A stretch of DNA of 64,000 bases from an uncultured Burkholderiaceae bacterium (GCA_965653625.1 CBFHAS010000002.1:2335-66334), one strand, 5' to 3'. Counted from the first letter of the stretch, positions 1 through 11,720 are shown. The notes: generated by a model not told the origin, from the sequence alone. Made by a program: numbers and translations.

Positions 1-1117
1 CTGCACCGAGCGCCACAACTTCGTCCGGGTTGAGGTCCGTAAGCGGGGTTCGACTGAAGTACTCGGCCACTGCTCGGCGCACCATGGGCATGCGAGTCGA
101 TCCGCCAACCAGAACGACGCCGTGCACATCTTTCTTCTGCGCACGCCCATCGCGCAGCACCTTGCGCACCGCGGTCAACGTGCGGCCCACCAGATCGTGG
201 CCCAAGGTCTCGAGCTGCTCGCGGGTCACGCGCACCGAAAGCTCGCCGCTGGACAGCGGACACGCGAGCGTGGCGTGATCGGCGGACGAGAGCTTTTCCT
301 TGGCCGCGCGCGCGGCCACCAGGACGGCACGCTTATCCTCGGGGGTCTCGGCGTCCAGGGCAGCCTGGTGCAGAGCCCAGTCGGCGAGAAGCCGATCGAA
401 GTCGTCGCCACCGAGGGCCGAATCACCCCCCGTGGCCACAACCTCGAACACACCCTTTGACAGCCGCAGCAGCGAGATGTCGAAGGTGCCGCCACCCAGG
501 TCGTACACGGCATACAGGCCCTCCGAACCGTGCTCGAGGCCGTAGGCGATGGCCGCCGCGGTCGGTTCATTGATGAGGCGCAGCACGTTCAATCCGGCAA
601 GCTGCGCAGCGTCCTTCGTCGCCTGGCGCTGAGCGTCATCGAAGTACGCGGGCACGGTGATCACTGCGCCGAACAGCTCATCGTCGAAGGTGTCCTCGGC
701 CCTCTGCCGCAGCGCGGCCAGAATCTCGGCAGAGATCTCGACCGGTGACTTGACACCGTCGATCGTCGAGATCTGCACCATGCCGGGTACATCAACGAAC
801 TCATAGGGCAGCTTTTCCCGGTGTGCAATATCGGCCAGCCCGCGCCCCATGAAACGCTTGACCGAAACCAGCGTGTTGCGCGGGTCATGGGCCGCGTCGG
901 CAAGCGCCGCATGGCCGATGCGGCGGCGCCCACCCGGCAGGTAGTGCACGGCGGAGGGCAGGATGACCCGCCCCTCTTCGTCAGGCAGGCACTCAGCAAC
1001 GCTATGGCGCACCGCGGCGATCAGCGAATGCGTCGTGCCGAGGTCGATACCTACCGCGATGCGCCTCTGGTGTGCATCGGGTGTCCCGCCGGGCTCGGAA
1101 ATTTGCAGCAATGCCAT
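1..1117 (-). CDS. hscA: Fe-S assembly Hsp70 chaperone HscA (runs off window start)
   Basis: Manual translation from ATG at 1117: [11 protein letters not shown]...[13 protein letters not shown]; also INEPTAAA and YDLGGGTFD Hsp70 motifs; follows hscB. Confidence 0.95.
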   Translation of the reverse strand, partial: MALLQISEPGGTPDAHQRRIAVGIDLGTTHSLIAAVRHSVAECLPDEEGRVILPSAVHYLPGGRRRIGHAALADAAHDPRNTLVSVKRFMGRGLADIAHREKLPYEFVDVPGMVQISTIDGVKSPVEISAEILAALRQRAEDTFDDELFGAVITVPAYFDDAQRQATKDAAQLAGLNVLRLINEPTAAAIAYGLEHGSEGLYAVYDLGGGTFDISLLRLSKGVFEVVATGGDSALGGDDFDRLLADWALHQAALDAETPEDKRAVLVAARAAKEKLSSADHATLACPLSSGELSVRVTREQLETLGHDLVGRTLTAVRKVLRDGRAQKKDVHGVVLVGGSTRMPMVRRAVAEYFSRTPLTDLNPDEVVALGA

Positions 1118-1121
1118 CTCG

Positions 1122-1640
1122 TCATTGTCCCAACGCTTCGAGCCGGTGATCGACGTCCTCGGCAAAGCGCTCAACGAACATGAGGGCTCTGACCTGGTCG
1201 GCCGCCGCGGCCGCATCGTGTCGCTCGTCTAACGTGCGCGCAAGCTGCTCTATGGCCGCCTGTTTGCGCTGTGCCACCTCTCCGGCCAGAGCCTCAACCT
1301 CATCGAGCGAGCGCGCTTCGTCCAGCGCCTCGCGCCACGCCATCTGCTGCATGAGGAAGGCGGGCGGCATCGCCGTGTTGTCATGCGCATCCACCGGCAT
1401 GCCAGCGAGCTCGCACAGATAGGCAGCTCGCGTCAACGGATCCTTCAGCCGCTGGTAGGCCTCGTTCACGCGCACCGCCCACTGCATCGCCACGCGCTGC
1501 GCCGCTTGCCCCTGCGCCGCGAAGCGGTCGGGATGCACCTCGGCTTGAAGCGCACGCCAAAGCGCGTCCAACGCAGCGCGGTCGAGCTGGAAGCGGCGTG
1601 GCAAGCCGAAAAGTTCAAAGTCGTCGCTGTCGAGCGTCAT
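1122..1640 (-). CDS. hscB: Fe-S co-chaperone HscB
   Basis: J-domain HPD motif (VHPDRF); isc operon position; start trimmed to [12 protein letters not shown]. Confidence 0.95.
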   Translation of the reverse strand: MTLDSDDFELFGLPRRFQLDRAALDALWRALQAEVHPDRFAAQGQAAQRVAMQWAVRVNEAYQRLKDPLTRAAYLCELAGMPVDAHDNTAMPPAFLMQQMAWREALDEARSLDEVEALAGEVAQRKQAAIEQLARTLDERHDAAAAADQVRALMFVERFAEDVDHRLEALGQ

Positions 1641-1695
1641 GCGGTCAACAAAAAGGCGCGGCATTCAGCCGCGCCTCGTCATCACAGGCCGCGCG

Positions 1696-2019
1696 TCACA
1701 CGCGGAACGACTCGCCGCAACCGCAGCGGTCCTTCTCACGTGGATTGCGGAACTTGAAGCCTTCGTTGAGGCCTTCTCGAACGAAGTCGAGTTCGGTTCC
1801 GTCGAGGTACGGAAGGCTCTTGGGGTCGACCAGCACCTTCACGCCGTGCCCCTCGAACACCACGTCCTCAGACGCGATCTCGTCTGCGTACTCGAGCTTG
1901 TAGGCCAATCCGGAACAGCCGGTCGTCTTCACGCCCAGGCGAACACCCACCCCCCTGCCCCGCTTGGTGAGGTAGCGCGAGACGTGGCGTGCGGCCGCTT
2001 GGGTCAGGGTGACGGCCAT
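1696..2019 (-). CDS. iscA: Fe-S cluster carrier IscA
   Basis: MAVTLT..., TTGCSG and C-terminal CGCGESF; 107 aa. Confidence 0.96.
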   Translation of the reverse strand: MAVTLTQAAARHVSRYLTKRGRGVGVRLGVKTTGCSGLAYKLEYADEIASEDVVFEGHGVKVLVDPKSLPYLDGTELDFVREGLNEGFKFRNPREKDRCGCGESFRV

Positions 2020-2023
2020 CGCC

Positions 2024-2434
2024 TCACGCTGCCTTGGCCTCGGCAACCGAGCCGCCCACCTTGGCTTTGTAGTCCTGCACCGCCGCCTTGATGGCATCCT
2101 CGGCGAGGATCGAGCAGTGAATCTTCACCGGAGGCAAAGCCAGCTCCTCCGCGATCTGCGTATTCTTGATCGTCAGGGCCTGATCAAGCGACTTGCCCTT
2201 CACCCACTCGGTCACGAGCGAGCTGGAGGCAATGGCCGACCCGCAGCCGTAGGTCTTGAACTTCGCATCCTCGATGAGGCCCGTCCGGGGATTGACCTTG
2301 ATTTGCAGCTTCATCACATCGCCACAGGCGGGGGCACCGACCATGCCGGTGCCCACGGTTTCGTCGCCCTTGGCGAACGAGCCAACGTTGCGAGGATTTT
2401 CGTAATGGTCTACGACCTTGTTGCTGTATGCCAT
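2024..2434 (-). CDS. iscU: Fe-S scaffold IscU
   Basis: [39 protein letters not shown]. Confidence 0.97.
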   Translation of the reverse strand: MAYSNKVVDHYENPRNVGSFAKGDETVGTGMVGAPACGDVMKLQIKVNPRTGLIEDAKFKTYGCGSAIASSSLVTEWVKGKSLDQALTIKNTQIAEELALPPVKIHCSILAEDAIKAAVQDYKAKVGGSVAEAKAA

Positions 2435-2452
2435 GTCAGTTCTCCAACAACT

Positions 2453-3673
2453 TCAATGCGCGGCCCACTGGATCGAGTTGAGGTCGATGCCGTCCTTGTA
2501 CATCTCCCACAGCGGCGATAGCTCGCGCAGTTTGGCGACCCGGTCCTTCAGCGTGGTGACTGCGTAGTCCACTTCCTCCTCCGTCGTGAAGCGCCCCATG
2601 GTCATGCGCAGGGACGAATGCGCAAGCTCGTCGCTGCGCCCCAACGCCCGCAGTACGTAGCTCGGCTCGAGACTGGCCGAGGTGCAGGCCGATCCCGATG
2701 AGACGGCGATGCCCTTGATACCCATGATGAGCGACTCGCCCTCCACAAAATTGAAGGACATGTTCACGTTGTGGGGGACGCGCTGGTCAGGGTGGCCGTT
2801 GAGGAACACCTGTTCGATGTCGGATAGACCATCGACCAGCCGCTTGTGCAACATGTGGATGCGCTCACGCTCCTCGCCCATCTCCACGCGGGCGAGGCGG
2901 AAGGCTTCGCCCATACCGACGATCTGGTGCGTGGGCAGCGTGCCGGAGCGCATACCACGCTCGTGGCCGCCACCGTGCATCTGCGCTTCGATCCGCACGC
3001 GCGGCTTGCGACGCACATACAGCGCACCGATACCCTTGGGGCCATAGGTCTTGTGCGAGGCGAGGCTCATCAGGTCCACGGGGAGCTTAGATAGATCGAT
3101 GTCGACCTTGCCAGTGGCCTGTGCGGCGTCGCAGTGAAAGATGATCCCGCGCTCGCGGCACATCCCTCCGATGGCCGGTATATCCTGGATGACGCCGATC
3201 TCGTTGTTCACGAGCATCACCGACACCAGAATGGTGTCCGGCCGCATGGATTCCTTCAGCAGGTTCAGGTCTAGCATGCCGTCGGGCTGCACCGGCAGAT
3301 AGGTCACCTCGAAGCCCTGGCGCTCCAGTTCCCGCATCGTGTCAAGCACGGCCTTGTGCTCGGTTTTCACGGTAATGAGGTGCTTGCCGCGAGGCTTATA
3401 GAACTGCGCCGCGCCCTTGAGCGCCAGATTGTCGGACTCGGTGGCTCCGGATGTCCAGATGATCTCGCGCGGATCGGCGCCGATGAGCCGGGCCACTTCC
3501 GAGCGCGCGTTCTCGACTGCCTCTTCGGCTTCCCACCCCCATGCGTGACTGCGCGAAGCCGGATTTCCGTAGTGCTCGCGCAGCCAGGGGATCATCTTGT
3601 CGACTACACGCTGGTCCACGGGCGTGGTGGCGCCATAGTCCATGTAGATCGGGAAATGGGGAGTCATGTCCAT
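2453..3673 (-). CDS. iscS: Cysteine desulfurase IscS
   Basis: PLP lysine motif SHKTYGPKG; catalytic SSGSACTS. Confidence 0.97.
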   Translation of the reverse strand: MDMTPHFPIYMDYGATTPVDQRVVDKMIPWLREHYGNPASRSHAWGWEAEEAVENARSEVARLIGADPREIIWTSGATESDNLALKGAAQFYKPRGKHLITVKTEHKAVLDTMRELERQGFEVTYLPVQPDGMLDLNLLKESMRPDTILVSVMLVNNEIGVIQDIPAIGGMCRERGIIFHCDAAQATGKVDIDLSKLPVDLMSLASHKTYGPKGIGALYVRRKPRVRIEAQMHGGGHERGMRSGTLPTHQIVGMGEAFRLARVEMGEERERIHMLHKRLVDGLSDIEQVFLNGHPDQRVPHNVNMSFNFVEGESLIMGIKGIAVSSGSACTSASLEPSYVLRALGRSDELAHSSLRMTMGRFTTEEEVDYAVTTLKDRVAKLRELSPLWEMYKDGIDLNSIQWAAH

Positions 3674-3727
3674 GGAGGGGCGAGTGTGCTCATGGGCGGC
3701 GCGCACGGCGCCGCCGGGTCTAAGGTC

Positions 3728-4261
3728 CTACTTCGAATACGCGTTGCCGAGCGCAAAGACCGAGTTCGGCGCATTCACCTTGATCGGCTTGACCACGGGC
3801 TGCGTCGAAATGGCCCGCTTGACCGGGTGCTCTTCGATCGACACTCCCTTGGCAAGCTGCTCGTCGACCAGCGACTTCAGCGTTATGGAATCGAGGTACT
3901 CGATCATTTTGGTGTTCAGGCTGGCCCACAGGTCGTGGGTCATGCAGCGACCGGTGTCCTCGCCCATGCAGTTTTCCTTGCCGCCGCAGCCGGTGGCATC
4001 GATCGGCTCGTCCACGGCGACGATGATGTCCGCCACAGTTATCTCTTCCGACTTGCGCCCCAGCGAGTAGCCGCCCCCCGGACCGCGGGTGCTTTCCACG
4101 AGCTCGTGGCGGCGCAGCTTGCCGAACAGCTGTTCCAGGTAGGACAGCGAGATCTGCTGCCGCGCCGAAATGGCAGCAAGCGCCACCGGACCTGAGTGCT
4201 CACGGAGAGCCAAGTCGATCATGGCGGTGACGGCGAAACGTCCTTTGGTGGTCAAACGCAT
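3728..4261 (-). CDS. iscR: Fe-S cluster assembly transcription regulator IscR
   Basis: Rrf2 N-terminus MRLTTKGRFAVTAM; cluster ligands C-x5-C-x7-C-x2-H (CGGKENCMGEDTGRCMTH). Confidence 0.95.
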   Translation of the reverse strand: MRLTTKGRFAVTAMIDLALREHSGPVALAAISARQQISLSYLEQLFGKLRRHELVESTRGPGGGYSLGRKSEEITVADIIVAVDEPIDATGCGGKENCMGEDTGRCMTHDLWASLNTKMIEYLDSITLKSLVDEQLAKGVSIEEHPVKRAISTQPVVKPIKVNAPNSVFALGNAYSK

Positions 4262-4379
4262 ATGCGAATCTCCTGAAGCTTGCGGCGAAACAAAAACTAC
4301 GACTTCTCTCGCTCTCGCGGCTCCCAGTGCCGACTCACCGCAGGATCCGGGACTTCCCTTATTGGGAAACCCTTTGCTG

Positions 4380-4432
4380 TATTCCGAGTGGATTGGTCGA
4401 GTATAACGTACCCGACCGATTTGGTCGGCATT
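4380..4432. promoter_or_regulatory. Two tandem type-1 IscR operator sites
   Basis: 4380-4404 (rc ATACTCGACCAATCCACTCGGAATA) and 4408-4432 (GTACCCGACCGATTTGGTCGGCATT) resemble ATASYYGACTRWWWYAGTCRRSTAT; directly upstream of iscR. Confidence 0.8.
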
Positions 4433-4479
4433 GCTCCCCGAAGTTCCGTCCTGGGGACGCTGACGCGCAAGTGTGTCTT

Positions 4480-4953
4480 TTACCCGCGCGTGAGGTGTGC
4501 AAGGAGTCCGTCGCAGGCGTCCTCGATGAGATCGAGCACACGTTCGAAGCCATCGGCCCCGCTGTAGTACGGGTCCGGCACCACGGGGCTATCGTGCCGG
4601 CATGCGAACTCCGTTAGCCGCCTCAGCTTGTCACGGTGATCCGGCGGGCAATCCTCTTCAAGCAATGCAAAATTGTCCCAATCCATTGCGAGGATGAGAT
4701 CGAATTCCTCGAAGTCCGACTCGCAGACCATGCGCGCACGCAGCGGTGAAAGGTCGTAGCCCCGCCGCCGGGCGTGCTGGATGGCGCGGTGGTCTGGCGG
4801 ATCGCCCTCGTGGTAGGCATGCGTGCCGGCCGAGTCGACGATTACCGAGTCCAGCCCGGCTTGGCGCAGCTTATGGCGAAGGACGCCTTCTGCCGTAGGG
4901 GAACGGCAGATATTTCCCATGCACACCATAAGGACCTTGCGTGGAGGAGTCAT
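4480..4953 (-). CDS. Low-molecular-weight protein-tyrosine phosphatase
   Basis: P-loop VCMGNICRS and DPYY. Confidence 0.93.
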   Translation of the reverse strand: MTPPRKVLMVCMGNICRSPTAEGVLRHKLRQAGLDSVIVDSAGTHAYHEGDPPDHRAIQHARRRGYDLSPLRARMVCESDFEEFDLILAMDWDNFALLEEDCPPDHRDKLRRLTEFACRHDSPVVPDPYYSGADGFERVLDLIEDACDGLLAHLTRG

Positions 4954-7061
4954 TACGGCTCTTGCGGGGGGACAGGATGGTCGTCGGGTGCTGCGCCGAA
5001 TGCCTGCTCACGCAGCTGGGCCAACTGGTCGCGCACCCGTGCCGCCTTCTCGAACTCGAGGTTGCGGGCATGCTCGAGCATCTGTCGTTCGAGCATCTTG
5101 ATGCGTTTGCCGAGATCCTTCTCGGACATGGCCTCCACTTCGGCAGCATCGTGGGCTCTCTTGAGAACTTCCTTGGCCGATTTCTCGGAGTAGACCCCGT
5201 CGATCATCTCCTTGATCTGCTTGCTCACGCTGCGCGGCGTGATGCCCATGGCCAGGTTATGCGCGATCTGCTTGGCCCGCCGACGCTCTGTTTCCCCTAG
5301 CGCCCGACGCATGGACTCGGTCATCCGATCGGCATAGAGAATGGCCTTGCCGTTCACGTTGCGCGCGGCACGCCCGATCGTCTGGATCAGCGAGCGCTCG
5401 GCGCGCAGGAAGCCTTCCTTGTCGGCATCGAGGATGGCCACGAGAGACACCTCGGGAATGTCCAGGCCCTCGCGCAACAGGTTGATACCGACCAGCACGT
5501 CGAAGCGGCCCAGGCGCAAGTCGCGGATGATCTCGACCCGCTCCACGGTTTCGATGTCACTGTGCAGGTAGCGGACCTTCACGCCGTTGTCGGTCAGGTA
5601 GTCGGTGAGCTGCTCCGCCATGCGCTTGGTCAGGGTGGTGATGAGCACACGCTCGTTCTTCTGCACACGCTCGTGGATCTCTTGCAACACGTCGTCAACC
5701 TGGTGGGCGGCCGGGCGGACCTCGACTTGCGGATCGACCAGGCCCGTGGGGCGAACAAGCTGCTCGACCACCTGCCCCGCGTGCTCCTGCTCGTAGGCCG
5801 CGGGCGTGGCGGAAACAAAGATGGCCTGGCGCGCCTTGCGCTCGAACTCTGCGAACTTCAGTGGTCGGTTATCCAGCGCGCTGGGCAGGCGAAATCCGTA
5901 CTCGACCAGCGTCGTCTTGCGGGCGCGGTCGCCATTGAACATGCCACCAAGCTGGCCGATCAGCACGTGGCTCTCGTCCAGGAACATCACAGCGTCGGGC
6001 GGAAGGTAGTCCACCAGCGTGGGCGGCGGATCGCCAGGCTTTGCGCCAGACAGGTGCCGCGTATAGTTCTCGATGCCCTTGCAGTGGCCCACCTCCTGCA
6101 GCATCTCCAGGTCGAATCGGGTGCGCTGCTCCAGCCGCTGCGCCTCCACCAGTTTGCCGGCCTTGACCAGCTCGTCCAGCCGCCAGCGCAGTTCCTCCTT
6201 GATACCCTCGATAGCGTTGAGCACCTGCTCACGCGGCGTCACGTAGTGGCTGGACGGGTAGACCACAAAGCGCGGGATCTTCTGGCGGATGCGGCCCGTG
6301 AGGGGATCCAGCAGGGCCAGCGTCTCGACCTCGTCGTCGAAAAGCTCGATGCGCAGGGCAAGCTCGGAATGCTCCGCCGGGAACACGTCAATCACCTCCC
6401 CGCGCACACGGAACGTGCCGCGGCCGAACTCCATCTCGTTTCGCGTGTACTGCATGCGGATGAGCTGAGCGATGAGATCGCGCTGCCCGAGTTTGTCGCC
6501 CACGCGCACGATGAGGCGCATCTGCGTGTAGTCCTCGGGCTTGCCGATGCCGTAGATGGCGCTCACCGTGGCAACGATGATCACGTCGCGCCGCTCAAGG
6601 ATGCTTTTGGTAGCAGACAGGCGCATCTGCTCGATGTGCTCGTTGATCGAGCTGTCCTTCTCGATGAAAAGATCCCGCTGCGGAACGTAGGCCTCGGGCT
6701 GGTAGTAGTCGTAGTAGCTCACGAAGTACTCGACGGCGTTCTTCGGGAAAAACTCGCGGAACTCGCTGTAAAGCTGCGCAGCCAGCGTCTTGTTGGGCGC
6801 GAACACGATGGCAGGTCGTCCCAGCCTTGCGATCATGTTCGCCATCGTGTAAGTCTTGCCTGACCCGGTCACCCCCAGCAGCGTCTGAAAGCTCAGGCCG
6901 TCGCGCACACCCTCCACCAGTTGTTCGATGGCCGCAGGCTGGTCGCCCGCCGGCGGGTACGGCTGGAACAGCTGGAACGGCGAGCCGGGAAAGCTCATGA
7001 ACTGGTCCGGCGTGGCGCCTTCGGCAGCACGGGTAGCGGCTATGGCAGACAAATCAGCCAT
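4953..7061 (-). CDS. uvrB: Excinuclease ABC subunit B
   Basis: [33 protein letters not shown]-terminal UVR motif. Confidence 0.98.
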   Translation of the reverse strand: MADLSAIAATRAAEGATPDQFMSFPGSPFQLFQPYPPAGDQPAAIEQLVEGVRDGLSFQTLLGVTGSGKTYTMANMIARLGRPAIVFAPNKTLAAQLYSEFREFFPKNAVEYFVSYYDYYQPEAYVPQRDLFIEKDSSINEHIEQMRLSATKSILERRDVIIVATVSAIYGIGKPEDYTQMRLIVRVGDKLGQRDLIAQLIRMQYTRNEMEFGRGTFRVRGEVIDVFPAEHSELALRIELFDDEVETLALLDPLTGRIRQKIPRFVVYPSSHYVTPREQVLNAIEGIKEELRWRLDELVKAGKLVEAQRLEQRTRFDLEMLQEVGHCKGIENYTRHLSGAKPGDPPPTLVDYLPPDAVMFLDESHVLIGQLGGMFNGDRARKTTLVEYGFRLPSALDNRPLKFAEFERKARQAIFVSATPAAYEQEHAGQVVEQLVRPTGLVDPQVEVRPAAHQVDDVLQEIHERVQKNERVLITTLTKRMAEQLTDYLTDNGVKVRYLHSDIETVERVEIIRDLRLGRFDVLVGINLLREGLDIPEVSLVAILDADKEGFLRAERSLIQTIGRAARNVNGKAILYADRMTESMRRALGETERRRAKQIAHNLAMGITPRSVSKQIKEMIDGVYSEKSAKEVLKRAHDAAEVEAMSEKDLGKRIKMLERQMLEHARNLEFEKAARVRDQLAQLREQAFGAAPDDHPVPPQEP

Positions 7062-7195
7062 CGGACAGATCCTTACTCGAAACTAGAATCCCCGAGGTTT
7101 TTGGCGCAGGGCAAACGTGGAGGGCGACCGACGAGCGTAGCCCAACTCCCAAGCCGCTTCTCACGCATATTGCGAAAATCACCTCAAGGACTGAC

Positions 7196-8395
7196 ATGGC
7201 TTCGTTGTTCACCGCCGTTGACATGGCGCCCCGTGATCCCATCCTCGGCCTGAACGAGCAGTTCGCCGCCGATCCCAACCCGGCGAAGGTCAACCTGGGC
7301 GTCGGTGTGTACTACGACGACGAAGGCAAGTTGCCGCTGCTCAAGTGCGTGGCCCGGGCCGAACGGCAAATGGCGGACTCGCCCAAGCCCCGGGGCTACC
7401 TCCCCATCGATGGCATCGCGGCCTACGACCGCGCGGTCCAGGGCCTCGTATTTGGTGCCGAGTCGGAGCCAGTCAAGACGGGCCGCATCGCCACCGTACA
7501 GGCCGTGGGTGGCACGGGCGGGCTGAAGATCGGCGCAGACTTCCTGCATCGGCTCGCCCCCGCCGCCAAGGTACTGATCAGCGACCCCAGTTGGGAGAAC
7601 CATCGCGCGCTTTTCGAGGGGGCCGGCTTCGTGGTGGAAAGCTATCCTTACTACGACGCGGCACGGCGCGGCATCGACTTTCCCGCCATGCTCGGCGCGC
7701 TGCAGTCTGCGGCACCTGGCAGCATCGTCGTGCTACACGCCTGCTGCCACAACCCGACAGGCTACGACCTCGACCCATTGCAGTGGTCGCAGGTAGTGGA
7801 TGCAGTGAAGATGCGCGGCCTGGTGCCCTTCCTTGACATGGCCTATCAGGGCTTTGGCGAGGGCATCGCGGAGGACGGCGCGGTCGTTGGCCAGTTCGTG
7901 GCGTCTGGGCTTGATTTCTTCGTCTCCACGAGCTTCTCCAAGAGTTTCTCGCTGTACGGCGAGCGCGTCGGCGCGCTAAGCGTCGTTTGCTCGTCCGAGG
8001 ACGAAGCCGAGCGAGTCCTGAGCCAGCTGAAGCGGGTCATTCGCACCAACTACTCCAACCCGCCGACCCACGGCGCGCACGTCGTCGCGACCGTGCTTAC
8101 CACACCGGAGCTACGCTCGCTCTGGGAGGAGGAACTGGCCGGCATGCGGGTGCGTATCAAGCAGATGCGCCTGGCGCTGGTGGAAAAGCTCAAGACCGCG
8201 GGCGTCAAGCAGGACATGAGCTTCATCACCCAGCAGAAGGGCATGTTCAGCTACTCCGGCCTGAGCCGCGAACAGATGCATCGGCTGCGCAGCGAGTTCG
8301 GCATCTATGGCGTAGATTCCGGGCGCATCTGCGTGGCGGCGCTCAACAGCAGGAACCTCGAGGCGGTGACGCGTGCCATAGCAAGCGTCATGTGA
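7196..8395 (+). CDS. tyrB: Aromatic amino acid/aspartate aminotransferase (TyrB/AspC family)
   Basis: HACCHNPTG, DMAYQGF, SFSKSFSLYGERVG. Confidence 0.9.
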   Translation: MASLFTAVDMAPRDPILGLNEQFAADPNPAKVNLGVGVYYDDEGKLPLLKCVARAERQMADSPKPRGYLPIDGIAAYDRAVQGLVFGAESEPVKTGRIATVQAVGGTGGLKIGADFLHRLAPAAKVLISDPSWENHRALFEGAGFVVESYPYYDAARRGIDFPAMLGALQSAAPGSIVVLHACCHNPTGYDLDPLQWSQVVDAVKMRGLVPFLDMAYQGFGEGIAEDGAVVGQFVASGLDFFVSTSFSKSFSLYGERVGALSVVCSSEDEAERVLSQLKRVIRTNYSNPPTHGAHVVATVLTTPELRSLWEEELAGMRVRIKQMRLALVEKLKTAGVKQDMSFITQQKGMFSYSGLSREQMHRLRSEFGIYGVDSGRICVAALNSRNLEAVTRAIASVM

Positions 8396-8417
8396 TCGGA
8401 TCCCTGGAGACCTCAAG

Positions 8418-8442
8418 GGCCCGGCATGTGCCGGGCCTTTTT
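8418..8442 (+). terminator. Rho-independent terminator after tyrB
   Basis: GGCCCGGC-atgt-GCCGGGCC followed by TTTTT. Confidence 0.85.
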
Positions 8443-8628
8443 CTTGCTGCTAATTGCCGCTCGAGGCGGGTTGCGTGGCCCGCTTCACTGCTTCGGGACG
8501 TTCCGACTTCTAGAATGCGCGCGGGCGGCATGGTTTTGTGCGAAACATGCCGGTTCGAGATGCCGGGATGCGGAAGGGATTTCATAGTCCCCCGTCACGC
8601 CGTGAATCGCTGAAAACAAGGAACTTCG

Positions 8629-9939
8629 ATGCTGTACCAGATGTATGAAGCCCAGCGTGCGTTGCTGAGCCCATTTGCGGAGTTCGCCAGCGCGTCCTCC
8701 AAGCTATACAACCACCCCCTGTCGCCCTTCACCCACACGCCCATGGCGCACCGGGTATCCGCGGGTCTGGATCTGATGCATCGGCTGTCCAAGGAGTACG
8801 AGAAGCCGGAGTTCAACATCACGTCGGTCAATGTCGGCGGCGTCGATGTCGCAGTGCAGGAGCAGGTGGCCATTCGCAAGCCCTTCTGCCGGCTATTGCG
8901 CTTCAAGCGCTTCACCGACAACCTGCCGATGTTGACCAAGATGAAGGACCAGCCCACGGTTCTGATCGTCGCGCCGCTGTCGGGCCACCATGCCACGCTG
9001 CTGCGTGACACCGTGCGCTCCCTGCTTCAAGACCACAAGGTCTACATCACCGACTGGACGGATGCGCGCATGGTGTCGGTGGAGGAAGGGCCCTTCCACT
9101 TGGACAACTATGTCGCCTACGTGCAGGAGTTCATCCGGCACGTGGGACCCGAAGTGAACGTCATCTCGGTATGCCAGCCCACGGTGCCGGTGCTGGCCGC
9201 AATCTCTCTCATGGCTTCCAGCGGGGAGCCGACGCCGCGCACCATGACGATGATGGGCGGGCCCATCGACGCGCGCCGCTCGCCCACCGCGGTGAACAAC
9301 CTGGCGATGAACAAGAGCCACGAGTGGTTCGAGCACAACGTGATCTATCGCGTACCGGTGAACTATCCCGGTGCGGGCCGCCGGGTGTACCCGGGTTTTC
9401 TGCAACACACCGGATTCGTGGCGATGAACCCCGACCGCCACCTCAGCTCGCACTACGACTACTTCCTGGATCTCGTGCGGGGCGATGATGAAAGCGCCGA
9501 GGCCCATCGGAAGTTTTACGACGAGTACAACGCTGTGCTGGACATGCCGGCCGAGTACTACCTGGACACGATCAAAGTGGTGTTCCAGGATTTCGCGCTG
9601 GTCAACGGCACCTGGGAGGTGAACGGCGAGCTGGTGCGCCCGCCAGACATCAGCACCAGTGCACTGCTCACCATCGAAGGCGAGCTCGACGACATCTCGG
9701 GCGCCGGGCAGACCAAGGCGGCTCACGTGCTGTGCACCGGCATCCCCAAGGAAAGGCAGTTCCATTACGACGTGCAAGGCGCCGGGCACTACGGCATCTT
9801 CTCCGGTCGACGCTGGCGCGAGGCCGTCTACCCGGAGGTTCGCCGGTTCATCGCCAACCACCAGGAGCCGATGGGGCGCGCCACACGCGGCAACGGCAAC
9901 AGCGCTCGCGCCCGACGGAAAGTGACAGTCGGCGCGTAG
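8629..9939 (+). CDS. phaZ: Intracellular polyhydroxyalkanoate depolymerase
   Basis: MLYQMYE start; [16 protein letters not shown] nucleophile box, GELDDI, GHYGIF. Confidence 0.93.
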   Translation: MLYQMYEAQRALLSPFAEFASASSKLYNHPLSPFTHTPMAHRVSAGLDLMHRLSKEYEKPEFNITSVNVGGVDVAVQEQVAIRKPFCRLLRFKRFTDNLPMLTKMKDQPTVLIVAPLSGHHATLLRDTVRSLLQDHKVYITDWTDARMVSVEEGPFHLDNYVAYVQEFIRHVGPEVNVISVCQPTVPVLAAISLMASSGEPTPRTMTMMGGPIDARRSPTAVNNLAMNKSHEWFEHNVIYRVPVNYPGAGRRVYPGFLQHTGFVAMNPDRHLSSHYDYFLDLVRGDDESAEAHRKFYDEYNAVLDMPAEYYLDTIKVVFQDFALVNGTWEVNGELVRPPDISTSALLTIEGELDDISGAGQTKAAHVLCTGIPKERQFHYDVQGAGHYGIFSGRRWREAVYPEVRRFIANHQEPMGRATRGNGNSARARRKVTVGA

Positions 9940-9952
9940 GCATGATCCCGCG

Positions 9953-10621
9953 GTGAGAGCCCCAAGCCAACTGGCCGACGCCATCGATGCGGTGCTGCCG
10001 CAGACGCAGTGCACACGCTGCGGCTTCCCGAACTGCCGGTCGTACGCCGAGGCGATCGCAGAGCACTCCGCGCCGATCAACCGCTGCCCGCCGGGCGGCG
10101 CGCAGGGCATCGCAAGGCTCGCCGAGCTGACCGGTCTCCCGGTCGAGCCCCTGGACCCGGCGCACGGCAAGGAAGCCCCGCGCAGCGTGGCCGTTATCGA
10201 CGAGGCCTGGTGCATTGGCTGCACGCTATGCCTGAAAGACTGTCCGGTCGATTGCATCGTGGGGGGCTCCAAGCAAATGCACACCGTTGACCAGGACAGC
10301 TGCACCGGCTGCGAGCTTTGCATTCCGGCGTGCCCGGTGGACTGCATTGCGCTGGTGAGTATCAGCGGCGAGCGCACCGGCTGGGATGCCTGGAGTGCCG
10401 AGGCCGCCCAGACGGCTCGCGAGGCATACACCTTCCATCGGGAGCGCCTGGATCGCGAGCGCGAAGGACACGAAGAGTGGCTGGCGGCGAAGACCAGCAG
10501 CGCACTCGCTGACCTGCCGGGCACCTTGCGAATCATGGACCCGCAGGAGCTGGAAGCCAAGCGGGCGGTTTTGGAAGCTGCGCTCGCCCGTATGCGGGCA
10601 CGGAGGGCGCCCCCCCGTTGA
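9953..10621 (+). CDS. rsxB: RnfB/RsxB-like Fe-S protein (stand-alone)
   Basis: [10 protein letters not shown] FeS domain plus two CxxCxxCxxxCP ferredoxin motifs; upstream of nth. Confidence 0.85.
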   Translation: MRAPSQLADAIDAVLPQTQCTRCGFPNCRSYAEAIAEHSAPINRCPPGGAQGIARLAELTGLPVEPLDPAHGKEAPRSVAVIDEAWCIGCTLCLKDCPVDCIVGGSKQMHTVDQDSCTGCELCIPACPVDCIALVSISGERTGWDAWSAEAAQTAREAYTFHRERLDREREGHEEWLAAKTSSALADLPGTLRIMDPQELEAKRAVLEAALARMRARRAPPR

Positions 10622-10918
10622 CGCAGCAATCGCCAGCCGCAAAAGAGCCCTCCCTCGGTTTGTCGGCTGCTTCCTACAGCGTTATCAGCGCTCTCCTATG
10701 CGCAACCGGATGCCATGCCGACCGGACGCGCGCACTCCGGGCGCATAGGCTTGAGCAGTGGCACGCCACTGGGCGGGCCCGATGGGAGCCCGCATGAACT
10801 GTGATCGCGTCGAGCCCATTGGAAGCAGACGAAGGGACGTACGTCCAAGGCGGGGCGATGGCGGCCCACCGTACGGCAGCCGGCAGGCGTCGTCTGCGCA
10901 TGACTGCACGCAAACTGC

Positions 10919-11113
10919 ATGAATAAGCTGCCCCTGGCATTTGCGCTGGCCGCCATGGCCATCGCCGCGTGCGACCCAAAGAAGCCCGCGGATCCGCCGC
11001 GTCCGAAGACGCCTTCGGCGCACGCGGTGGGAGAATCGGCGCCCGATGAACGCAGCGCAAATCGAGCCCTTCTTCGCCGTCCTGAAGGCGGCCAACCCAC
11101 AACCCGCCAGTGA
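10919..11113 (+). CDS. Small putative lipoprotein
   Basis: MNKLPLAFALAAMAIAA-C lipobox followed by Pro/Lys-rich DPKKPADPPRPK; 3' end overlaps nth. Confidence 0.5.
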   Translation: MNKLPLAFALAAMAIAACDPKKPADPPRPKTPSAHAVGESAPDERSANRALLRRPEGGQPTTRQ

Positions 11114-11720
11114 GCTGGAGTACAGCAGCGTGTTCGAGCTGCTGGCCGCCGTGCTGCTGTCTGCGCAGGCCACCGATGCGGGTGTGAACAAGGCCACCCG
11201 GCGCCTGTTCGCGGTGGCCAATACACCGGTGCGCATGGTGGCCTTGGGCGTGGACGGGATCACCGAGTACATCAAGTCGATCGGCCTGTTTCGCAACAAG
11301 GCGCGCAATCTCCACGAGACCTGCCGCATCTTGCTCGAAGAACATGGGGGCGAAGTCCCGCGCACGCGGGAAGCCTTGCAGGCTCTGCCCGGCGTGGGGC
11401 GCAAGACCGCCAACGTGGTGCTCAACGTGGCCTTCGGCGAGCCGACGATGGCGGTGGACACGCACATTTTCCGCGTGAGCAATCGCACCGGGCTCGCATC
11501 CGGCAAGGATCCGCTGGAGGTGGAACTGAAGCTGCTGGAGCGCGTGCCCGAGGCCTATCGGGTGAACGCGCATCACTGGCTGATCCTGCACGGCCGCTAT
11601 GTGTGCGTTGCGAAACGCCCCCGCTGCGAGGAATGTGCGGTTGCCCAGTTCTGCGATGCTCGGCCGATGTTTCAGGGCACATCTCCGCGAGAGCGCGAGA
11701 AACTAGCCGGGGCGGCGTGA
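11046..11720 (+). CDS. nth: Endonuclease III
   Basis: LLSAQATD, HhH motif LPGVGRKTANVV, VDTH, C-x6-C-x2-C-x5-C cluster motif. Confidence 0.97.
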   Translation: MNAAQIEPFFAVLKAANPQPASELEYSSVFELLAAVLLSAQATDAGVNKATRRLFAVANTPVRMVALGVDGITEYIKSIGLFRNKARNLHETCRILLEEHGGEVPRTREALQALPGVGRKTANVVLNVAFGEPTMAVDTHIFRVSNRTGLASGKDPLEVELKLLERVPEAYRVNAHHWLILHGRYVCVAKRPRCEECAVAQFCDARPMFQGTSPREREKLAGAA

